A stretch of 64,000 nt of DNA, taken from positions 255-64,254 of the forward strand of contig JASFQL010000012.1 in NCBI GenBank assembly GCA_050115475.1, written 5' to 3'. The notes below the pieces were generated by a model, which ran no database searches, was not told where the DNA came from, and worked only from the letters and a program-made list of their open reading frames with translations. The translations under genes were made by a program, and so were the position numbers. This stretch comes from Anaerolineales bacterium. Its GTDB lineage: Bacteria; Chloroflexota; Anaerolineae; Anaerolineales; UBA11579. The number at the start of each line of letters is the position of its first letter. The first letter of the stretch is position 1. Shown one piece after another: positions 26,600-34,506 of the stretch.

Positions 26600-29572
26600 A
26601 TGAAACTCGAACTAAACATAAACGGAAAATCACACCAACTTACCGTCAACCCCGGCGATTCCCTCCTCAAAATCCTGCGCGCCAAAGGCTACTTCGGCGT
26701 CAAACACGGCTGTGAAACCGGCGAATGCGGCGCTTGCACCGTCTTGATCGATGGGAAACCGGTCAATTCCTGCGTCTACCTTGCCGCCCAGGCGCAGGGA
26801 CACGAGATCGAAACCATCGAACACCTCGGTGAACACCCCGAACAGGGCTGGAAGCACACCGACGGTCTTCATCCCCTGCAATCTTCATTTGTAGACAGCG
26901 GATCTATCCAGTGCGGGTTCTGCACGCCTGCCATGATTCTGGCGGCCAAAGAACTCCTCACCCGCGATCCCAATCCCACGGAAGAAGCTGTTAGGGATGC
27001 CCTCTCCGGTGTGCTCTGCCGCTGCACGGGCTACACAAAACCCGTCCAGGCGGTCCTGCACGCCGCGGCTGTCTTGCGCGGAGATGCGCAGCCAGGAGAT
27101 TTACTCGCCCAGGAAATCCTCGATTCCCTCTTCATCGCCCCCGGAGAAGAATCGGATTCGAAATCAAAACCTGCCTTCCAGGTACTGCCGAAAGTGGTCG
27201 TCGTCCCCCAAACCGAAGAATGGCGTAGCGTGGGGAAACCAGAACGTAAGGTGGACGCAGTGAAACTTGCCCTGGGGAAACCCGCCTTCACAGCCGATGA
27301 ACCACGCCCAGATATGCTCGTTGCCAAAGTTCTGAGAAGCCCCCTCGCCCATGCCAGTATCAAGAAGATCGACGCCGGCAAGGCGCGTGCCTTGGAGGGG
27401 GTCGCGGCTGTGCTCACTCACAAAGACATCCCCCACGTGGCTTATTCCACCGCCGGCCAATCCGATCCCATCCCTGGGCCCCTTGATACTTTCTCGCTGG
27501 ACAAGAAGGTACGCTACGTCGGTGACCGGGTAGCCTTCGTTGCCGCCGAAACAGAAGAGATTGCCGAACAAGCTCTCAAACTGATCGAGGTCGAATACGA
27601 AGAGCTCCCCGCCATTCTAGACCCGGCTGATTCGATCGGCAACAAAATCATCATCCACGATGAGCCTGAATATGTCGATTTCGCCGACTCGGATGCTTCC
27701 CGCAACCTCGCCGCCCACATCCACATCGACATAGGCGACGTCGAGCAGGGTTTCAAAGAATCCGATCAGGTATTTGAAGCTGAATACGAAGTCCCCAAGG
27801 TGCAGCAGGCTCACATCGAACCCCACGTCGTCATCACCTATTGGGACGAGGATGATCGCCTGGTGATCCGCACCAGCACCCAGGTGCCCTTCCACGTCAG
27901 GCGACAGATCGCCCCCGTCCTAGGATTGCCCATCAAACGCATCCGTGTCATCAAGCCTCGTATCGGTGGGGGGTTCGGCGGTAAACAGGAGGTGCAGATC
28001 GAAGACGTTGCCGCCCACCTGACCATCGCCACGGGCCGTCCGGTGATGTTCGAAACGACCCGCGAAGAAGAGTTCGTTGCATCCCGGGCGCGCCACCCCA
28101 TGCGTATCCGCATGAAAACGGGCGTGAAGAAAGACGGCACGATGACGGCTAACCAGATGCACATCCTCACCAATACCGGTGCTTACGGCTGCCATGCTCT
28201 CACCGTAACGGGGAATACCGGCCACAAGGCCATGGCGCTCTACGTCGGTGATGGGAAATATCGTGAAAATCCCAATATCCAGTTCAAGGCTGACATCGTA
28301 TATACGAATACCAGCTCTGCTGGCGCTTACCGCGGCTACGGTGTGCCCCAGGGGTTCTGGCCGGTTGAGCGACACATGGAACGTGTCGCTCAAGCCATGG
28401 GTTTCGACCCGATTGAATTCCGTCTGAAGAACGCCCTCCGGGCAGGTGAGCTCCAGCCCTTCAGCACCGCATGGAGTGAGGGGCGTGAACCACGCCCAGA
28501 AACCATCGAAACCTGCGGCTTGGAAGAATGCGCCCAGCAGGGGCGTGCCGCTATCGGTTGGAACCAGAAATATGGCCAGGCTTCCTGGCAGGAAGTTCCC
28601 GGAAAACCCCACCTCCGCAAAGGCATCGGCGTGGCCCTCGTCATGCAGGGCACGGCTATCCCTTACCTGGACATGGGGGGGGCTTCCATCAAAATCAACG
28701 ACGATGGTTCTTTCAATCTCCTCGTCGGGGCCACCGATCTGGGCACCGGTTCAGATACCGTCCTGGCGCAGTTGGCCGCCGAGATCTTGGGTATTCCCAT
28801 CGAAGATATCATCGTCTACTCATCGGATACCGACTTCACCCCTTTCGACAAAGGCGCTTACGCGTCCAGCACGACCTATATCTCCGGGGGTGCCGTGGTC
28901 AAAGCCGCCCGGGAAGTCGCCCAACAGATAAAACTGCGGGCAGCCAAGATGCTCAATCAGCAGGAAGAAGGCCCCGGCGTTACACCGGAAGACATCTACC
29001 TCGAAGATCGCAAAGCCCTCGCCCCAGATGGACGCTTCGTTACCCTCGAAGATATCGGACACAACACCCTCCACCACGAAGACCAGGTCCAAATTATGGC
29101 TGTGGATTCCTTTGTCTCGCCGGTCGCCCCACCGCCTTTTGCAGCCCAGTTCGCCGAGGTGACGGTCGACATCGAGACCGGTATGGTCGTGGTCGATAAA
29201 CTCGTTATGGCCGTCGATTCCGGGGTCATCGTCAATCCTGCTACCGCCTCCGGGCAAATCGAAGGCGGGATGGTCCAGGCCTTGGGCTATGCCGTGAGTG
29301 AAGAGATGGTCTACGATGATAAAGGTCGTATCCGTGAGAAAGACCTGCGGGACTATCACATTTTTCAGGCGAACGAGATGCCTGAGTTAGAGACCATTTT
29401 CGTGGAAACCTTCGAACCTACCCATCCCTATGGGCTCAAAGCTGTTGCCGAAATCCCCCTGGACGGGGTTGCGCCAGCTGTTGGAAATGCCATCATGAAT
29501 GCCTGCGGCGCAGACCTGAACGCCAACCCGGCCACCCCCGAACGTATCTGGCGGGCATTGAAAGATAAATGA
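26600..29572 (+). CDS. Fused [2Fe-2S] plus molybdopterin-binding oxidoreductase (xanthine dehydrogenase / aldehyde oxidoreductase family)
   Basis: 990-aa ORF. The N-terminus carries both 2Fe-2S motifs (GCETGECGACTV...NSC and CGFCTPAM...CRCTGY). The remainder carries aldehyde-oxidase/XDH a/b-hammerhead and Moco-binding blocks (GGGFGGK, AEIPLDGVAPAVGNAI). Confidence 0.9.
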   Translation: MKLELNINGKSHQLTVNPGDSLLKILRAKGYFGVKHGCETGECGACTVLIDGKPVNSCVYLAAQAQGHEIETIEHLGEHPEQGWKHTDGLHPLQSSFVDSGSIQCGFCTPAMILAAKELLTRDPNPTEEAVRDALSGVLCRCTGYTKPVQAVLHAAAVLRGDAQPGDLLAQEILDSLFIAPGEESDSKSKPAFQVLPKVVVVPQTEEWRSVGKPERKVDAVKLALGKPAFTADEPRPDMLVAKVLRSPLAHASIKKIDAGKARALEGVAAVLTHKDIPHVAYSTAGQSDPIPGPLDTFSLDKKVRYVGDRVAFVAAETEEIAEQALKLIEVEYEELPAILDPADSIGNKIIIHDEPEYVDFADSDASRNLAAHIHIDIGDVEQGFKESDQVFEAEYEVPKVQQAHIEPHVVITYWDEDDRLVIRTSTQVPFHVRRQIAPVLGLPIKRIRVIKPRIGGGFGGKQEVQIEDVAAHLTIATGRPVMFETTREEEFVASRARHPMRIRMKTGVKKDGTMTANQMHILTNTGAYGCHALTVTGNTGHKAMALYVGDGKYRENPNIQFKADIVYTNTSSAGAYRGYGVPQGFWPVERHMERVAQAMGFDPIEFRLKNALRAGELQPFSTAWSEGREPRPETIETCGLEECAQQGRAAIGWNQKYGQASWQEVPGKPHLRKGIGVALVMQGTAIPYLDMGGASIKINDDGSFNLLVGATDLGTGSDTVLAQLAAEILGIPIEDIIVYSSDTDFTPFDKGAYASSTTYISGGAVVKAAREVAQQIKLRAAKMLNQQEEGPGVTPEDIYLEDRKALAPDGRFVTLEDIGHNTLHHEDQVQIMAVDSFVSPVAPPPFAAQFAEVTVDIETGMVVVDKLVMAVDSGVIVNPATASGQIEGGMVQALGYAVSEEMVYDDKGRIREKDLRDYHIFQANEMPELETIFVETFEPTHPYGLKAVAEIPLDGVAPAVGNAIMNACGADLNANPATPERIWRALKDK

Positions 29573-30423
29573 ATCTGGCAGGTCCAACCCTGGTCTCAAT
29601 CGAGAAAGATAAGCGGAGGAAGTTGTCCCCGCTATTCCAGGAATACCAATGGAATTACATACCCGATGCCATTCTCGATGGCTATATCGGTGAAGCCTAT
29701 GTGGATGATGAAAACAATCCCCACATCGCCGTTTTAGAGATTCCAAATTTACGATTAAAGCTTTTGGGTGGAGATTCTAGCCACCCGCTGGCGCGTAAAT
29801 ATATCGAAACCATGCCCACTAGGTCTGCCCTGATATTTGGTTCACAGGGCTGGGAAGATTTGGTGAAGGAATGTCATCATGGTAGATTGGTCAGTCTGCC
29901 CCGGTATGCCTTTCCGAGTGAAAAACTCGACCTCGATCACCTAATAGAACTCAAATCGCGCCTCCCTATAAGATATCGGCTGGCACAGTTGGATTTGAAA
30001 GTCGCTCAACGACTCGCTGATGAAGATAGCGAATTAACTGCTGACCATTTCAGGTGTTTCAACTCGATTGAAGAATTCAATGACCGGGGTTTTGGATTTT
30101 GCATTTTCGAAGGGGACGAAATCGTCTGCTTGGCAACAACCTTTCTCATTTGTGATAAAGGTATTGAGGTCCAAATCGATACCCACAAGAGACATCGAGG
30201 AAAAGGATTAGCAACTGTCGCAGCCGCACAGATTTTAATCCACAGCCTCCAAAACAACCTGGATCCAAATTGGGACGCCGCTACCAAGATCTCGGCTGGC
30301 TTGGCAAAGAAACTCGGTTACACGCCGCAAGGAGAGTATTCAATCGTCTTTGTTGTCAAGTCAAGGATGAAGGCCGTCATTGCTGGTGTGATTTTAAAAT
30401 TAAATGAATTATTAAATAAATAG
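29569..30423 (+). CDS. GNAT-fold acetyltransferase (C-terminal GNAT_acetyltran-type domain)
   Basis: 284-aa ORF whose start overlaps the oxidoreductase stop (ATGA at 29569-29572). HRGKGLATVAAAQIL...AKKLGY is the GNAT core. Confidence 0.6.
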   Translation: MNLAGPTLVSIEKDKRRKLSPLFQEYQWNYIPDAILDGYIGEAYVDDENNPHIAVLEIPNLRLKLLGGDSSHPLARKYIETMPTRSALIFGSQGWEDLVKECHHGRLVSLPRYAFPSEKLDLDHLIELKSRLPIRYRLAQLDLKVAQRLADEDSELTADHFRCFNSIEEFNDRGFGFCIFEGDEIVCLATTFLICDKGIEVQIDTHKRHRGKGLATVAAAQILIHSLQNNLDPNWDAATKISAGLAKKLGYTPQGEYSIVFVVKSRMKAVIAGVILKLNELLNK

Positions 30424-30476
30424 GACAGACCAACAAGTTGGTCTATATGTAGGGATTTCTAGAGGAATCCACAATC

Positions 30477-30512
30477 AAAAACTCCCACAGATTAATTTCA
30501 GTGGGAGTTTTT
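30477..30512. terminator. Bidirectional intrinsic terminator between convergent genes
   Basis: AAAAACTCCCAC (30477-30488) and GTGGGAGTTTTT (30501-30512) around a 12-nt loop. A/T runs on both sides give a U-tract on either strand. Confidence 0.65.
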
Positions 30513-30546
30513 ATAAATAGTAACTTAGCTTTATACTGAATTCGAT

Positions 30547-31323
30547 CTATTCTGTAGTCCCCGTGAGTTTCTCCCATAGATTAGGCCACACCATGATAAC
30601 CACAAGAATAAAACTGAAGATGGGGGCAAGTGAGAAAAGGGAAAACCGCCCCAACTGCCCTGCTGTCTCGACGGCAAGGGGGATACCTACAATTAATTCC
30701 AGGACCCCGGAACACAATCCAACCACTTTCATCCACCCCTTCGCATGGATGAGAATCCCGGCGGTGACCACTCCCCAACCAATGAAGGCGATCCAATGAG
30801 ACCGCTGTACGATGATAAACAGTTGGGTGCCGATGGTGATGATTCGGCTCCAGCTAGCCACACCGTTCATGAAACATGTAATGAAAGTGATACCCGTCAG
30901 CAGGCCGATCAGGGTCAAACTCCAGGTGTGTTTCCACACAAGTTTCATGAAAAGCAAATACAAGATCAGGTTCGGCCAGAAGATAATGAAATATACCGGT
31001 GGTAAATCAGCTGCCATAAAAGGAACGTTGATGAACCAGCCCCCTTGCAAGGCCAGCACATTAGCAATCATGGCCAATGGGAAAGCCCATCCGGCTGCAG
31101 TAAAGAACCCGTACGCACTAACTGCGTACAACGCAGCAGCAAGTAACCCGAAGTCCGATAATGCCGGCATCAGATATTCCAATAAGATTTCGCAGCCAGG
31201 TTCCGCAGCCTCTGCGTTCAATGCAGGTGTATACCAGTTGAAGAATATCATGTAGGTTCCAACGACACCCAACACCGCGCCGATGAGAGCCAGAACTCCG
31301 CCTAAACGATGGTTGACTTTCAT
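30547..31323 (-). CDS. Polytopic membrane protein, unknown function
   Basis: 258-aa ORF, almost entirely hydrophobic (about 8 predicted helices). I recognise no motif. Confidence 0.6.
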   Translation of the reverse strand: MKVNHRLGGVLALIGAVLGVVGTYMIFFNWYTPALNAEAAEPGCEILLEYLMPALSDFGLLAAALYAVSAYGFFTAAGWAFPLAMIANVLALQGGWFINVPFMAADLPPVYFIIFWPNLILYLLFMKLVWKHTWSLTLIGLLTGITFITCFMNGVASWSRIITIGTQLFIIVQRSHWIAFIGWGVVTAGILIHAKGWMKVVGLCSGVLELIVGIPLAVETAGQLGRFSLFSLAPIFSFILVVIMVWPNLWEKLTGTTE

Positions 31324-31450
31324 AGATGATCTCCTCTCAGATTCTTTAGTAATAAACGACCTGTTTGAAATGTATCATGTTGGTTTTACGCTGTCTTTGC
31401 TTTTAAGCAAATGGTTCTTATAAATTGTTTATTGAAACCTTCCCCATTTC

Positions 31451-31834
31451 TCATTCGTGGCACGAACACCCTTCGTTGAATTGCTGGTCGTTGTGGGAGG
31501 CGACATACACGATAGTACCTTCCTCGATATTTAGATCGCAATCCCTTAGAAAAGTAGGCTCGTCTTCCCATGCGGCTACCTGCACGTCGCATGCCGCGTA
31601 AATGACTCCCTGCCAATGATCGTTGCACAGCGGGCCGTGGATCACACGGTTGACTTCTTTAAGTTTCCCCTTGATTTCCACTTCGATAAGCGTAGATGAT
31701 GAGTGCGAAACGAATGGATCAAAAGTTGGATACGGGGGAATCATTGTGGTGACAGACTCAGGTGGGCACACCGGTTCGCATGCAGCCATGAGAAAGAATA
31801 TACATGTCAGAATGATTAAATTTCTTGAAGTCAT
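31451..31834 (-). CDS. Small Cys-rich lipoprotein, unknown function
   Basis: 127-aa ORF with a lipobox-like signal (FFLMAAC-EP) and 8 Cys in the whole protein (6 after the lipobox Cys), ending ...EGCSCHE. Confidence 0.5.
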   Translation of the reverse strand: MTSRNLIILTCIFFLMAACEPVCPPESVTTMIPPYPTFDPFVSHSSSTLIEVEIKGKLKEVNRVIHGPLCNDHWQGVIYAACDVQVAAWEDEPTFLRDCDLNIEEGTIVYVASHNDQQFNEGCSCHE

Positions 31835-32190
31835 ATTTTTACCTCACAGGGAGTGATCGAATATTCGCCTTACGCTTTTCATACTACAAGGAGTCGGAGG
31901 AAAAAGATTTAACTTCAGATAAATTCGGACCATTTCACGTCAATCGAAATCGATTTTGGATTAGGGAATCAGGGAATCAGTTACCCAGGGAAAATCCAAG
32001 CAGGTAGCTGGGTCAGTGAATAACTACAACACTATCCAACTAAGAGCTGACTAACTGAACGACTATCCAATTCTTACTATCGAGATTTTACATTGCAAAT
32101 ATACATCTCATCTTTGTTACCACGACACGCCAGCAGAATATTCGTATGGCAGTCTGCCAAAGCTGATGATAAACTTATTGAGAGGAATCG

Positions 32191-32868
32191 ATGAAATCGA
32201 TCACCGATATTATTTCTGAAAACCCGATATTTCAAGCATTTCCAAAAAATACCTTGGAGGAACTGGGGAAAACCGCCCTCACAAAAGCCTATCAGGCCGG
32301 AGAGATCATCGTCCACCAGGGCGATCCATGGCCTTTTTTATTTATCGTAATCCAAGGGAAAGTGAATGCCGTAAAAGAATCTGCTGCCGGTCGTTCGCTG
32401 ATTGCCACCACCATCACTGAGGGAGAGATCTTTTGGGGTTTGGCCTTCTTCATCGAAAACGCCTCCATGCCCGTCGCCTTCCACGCTGGAGTAGACTCGA
32501 AAATCGCATATTGGCCGCGAGATCAACTCATGCCTGTTATCATTAAAAATGGGGAGGTTGCCTGGAAATTGTGCAGCATCATGATTAACCGCATGCAGAT
32601 TGCCAGTGATATCGTCGAAGAGTTGGCTTTTCTTCCCGTTGTTGGCCGCCTGGCAGGCTTACTCCTCGATACCTTCGGGGAAGATGAACATGAATTCGTT
32701 GCCCGTCAACTGACCCTTGATGACATGGCCGCTCGCATTGGCACCACACGTGAAGTTGTCTGCCGCCATCTTTATAAATTCGCAGAGAAAGGCATCATCG
32801 ATATCCGCAGAACCGAACTTCGCATTAATGACCGCGCCTTCTTGGAACAACAAGTTAGCAAGAGTTGA
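32191..32868 (+). CDS. Crp/Fnr family transcriptional regulator
   Basis: 225-aa ORF with a cNMP-binding beta-barrel (YQAGEIIVHQGD...FFIVIQGKV) and a C-terminal HTH (LTLDDMAARIGTTREVVCRHLYKF). Confidence 0.85.
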   Translation: MKSITDIISENPIFQAFPKNTLEELGKTALTKAYQAGEIIVHQGDPWPFLFIVIQGKVNAVKESAAGRSLIATTITEGEIFWGLAFFIENASMPVAFHAGVDSKIAYWPRDQLMPVIIKNGEVAWKLCSIMINRMQIASDIVEELAFLPVVGRLAGLLLDTFGEDEHEFVARQLTLDDMAARIGTTREVVCRHLYKFAEKGIIDIRRTELRINDRAFLEQQVSKS

Positions 32869-32869
32869 T

Positions 32870-33634
32870 ATGGATATCATCGGAAGTGGAAATATGGAAA
32901 AGGAACCCAAAGAGACCTCACCCGAAGTCATACCCGGCACCTGGAGCGATTTACTCCTCTACATCTTTGCAGGCTTTGGCCTCTACGTAGTTGCCAGCAT
33001 CCTGGTCAGCCTGCCTTTTCAGGAGATCGACCTGACCGTCACCACCCTGGCAATTCTTACGAACGTCCTCTTTATCGGGGGCGGCGCTTACGTGCTTGGA
33101 ATCCGTAGAAAGAAGATAACCTGGGCCAGCTTGGGTATCTCCCCACCGGTCTGGAAACCCGAATACCTCTTATGGGCTTTCCTCCTTGCTGTCGGATTGA
33201 TGCCCATCCGTGGGGTCATCGGACTTGTTGTTGAAATTCTCCTGGAAGGGGATTTCGACAACCTCCAACTTCGTTCTGATTTATTTACTGCCGGGATGGA
33301 CAACGGATATGCCTATTTGATTCTCCTCCTTGGCGTGGGGATACTCGCACCTATCTCTGAAGAATTGTTCTTCCGTGGTCTGATTTACAACTGGTTCCGT
33401 CAGCGCTGGGGCATGTGGGTTAGTATCTTGCTGAGTTCCATCTGGTTCTCCATCGGCCATATCGATTCCTTGGGGGTGGTTGCCTCTAGTTTTTTGATGG
33501 GTGGAGTGATTGCTTATGTCTACGAACGTACCAGATCTCTCTGGTTTGCGATTGCCATCCACCTCATTACCAATTCCATTTCTGTTTTATTGCTGATGCT
33601 CATTCAATTGATTTCTCCATATATCCCTGTATAA
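32870..33634 (+). CDS. CPBP family intramembrane glutamic endopeptidase (CAAX protease-like)
   Basis: Trimmed to ATG 32870, 1 nt after the Crp stop. Carries motif 1 SEELFFRG, motif 2 FSIGH and motif 3 HLITN on TM helices. Confidence 0.8.
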   Translation: MDIIGSGNMEKEPKETSPEVIPGTWSDLLLYIFAGFGLYVVASILVSLPFQEIDLTVTTLAILTNVLFIGGGAYVLGIRRKKITWASLGISPPVWKPEYLLWAFLLAVGLMPIRGVIGLVVEILLEGDFDNLQLRSDLFTAGMDNGYAYLILLLGVGILAPISEELFFRGLIYNWFRQRWGMWVSILLSSIWFSIGHIDSLGVVASSFLMGGVIAYVYERTRSLWFAIAIHLITNSISVLLLMLIQLISPYIPV

Positions 33635-33652
33635 ACGCAGGAGAGTAATAAT

Positions 33653-34390
33653 ATGACCTTGACAGATTGGATTTCCTGTATCGTCCCGCTGATTTTTGCA
33701 GGGCTGATTGTCTGGCGATGGAGACAAACGAAAGGATCGTTCTGGGAAGCCTTTGGCGTAACGATAGATCGTCGCGTTCCTCTCGAATGCTTGGTTGGCT
33801 TCACCATTGGCGGGTTGGCAATGTTTGGTATTTTCGGTGTCGAATGGGCCCTTAAATTCATCCGCATCGATGGGTTGGCCGCACCCGGTGAGGATTTTTG
33901 GCCCTGGATCGTATTTTTAATCATCGCCGCATTATTAGAAGAAGTTCTATCGCGTTCTTTTATTCTGGGTGGATTGGTCCTTTTCCTAAAGGAGAATAAA
34001 TGGCTGGCTGTTGCTATATCCGCAGCTTTCTTCGGTTTAGCCCATGCAGCGAATCCAAACGCAACAATCATTTCCGTATTTGGGAATGCCCTTGGCGGGG
34101 TTATGTACGCCGTCGCCTTCTTGGAAAGTGGGCGGGTATGGCTGGGTTGGGGCTTGCATTTTGCCTGGAACTTCTTTCAAGGTCCCCTTTTAGGCTTCCC
34201 CGTCAGTGGCTTGACGGAAGGGGGAAGCATCCTCCAGCAAGTTGCCGTAGGTCCCGAGATCATCACTGGTGGCGCTTACGGGCCAGAGGCTGGGCTTGTG
34301 GGGATGTCCTTCCGCTTCGTTGTTATCGCCTTGCTGTACGCCTGGTTTTCTTGGGAGAAAAAACGTCCGCTTGTGGTCAATCCCCAATAA
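33653..34390 (+). CDS. CPBP family intramembrane glutamic endopeptidase, second copy
   Basis: 245-aa ORF with LEEVLSRS, FGLAHA and HFAWNF motifs. AGGAG lies upstream of the ATG. Confidence 0.8.
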   Translation: MTLTDWISCIVPLIFAGLIVWRWRQTKGSFWEAFGVTIDRRVPLECLVGFTIGGLAMFGIFGVEWALKFIRIDGLAAPGEDFWPWIVFLIIAALLEEVLSRSFILGGLVLFLKENKWLAVAISAAFFGLAHAANPNATIISVFGNALGGVMYAVAFLESGRVWLGWGLHFAWNFFQGPLLGFPVSGLTEGGSILQQVAVGPEIITGGAYGPEAGLVGMSFRFVVIALLYAWFSWEKKRPLVVNPQ

Positions 34391-34410
34391 GACTAAACTT
34401 ATATTATACA

Positions 34411-34478
34411 GATAGGCGCAGCATACTGCGCCTATCAATTGAAACTAAATTTTTTCAATTGGAGAAACTCATTTCTCC
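34411..34478. terminator. Two hairpins between the convergent CPBP operon and the giant gene
   Basis: GATAGGCGCAG-CATA-CTGCGCCTATC (34411-34436, perfect 11 bp, no adjacent U-tract). GGAGAAA-CTCA-TTTCTCC (34461-34478) is followed by T-rich ATTTGATTTATATTT on the + strand. Confidence 0.45.
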
Positions 34479-34506
34479 ATTTGATTTATATTTATACTCC
34501 TCTTGT

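Noticed and set aside
27920-28612. 230-aa antisense ORF (and several others) inside the Moco oxidoreductase gene
   Set aside because: The sense strand encodes unmistakable XDH-family motifs. The antisense translation has no recognisable features.
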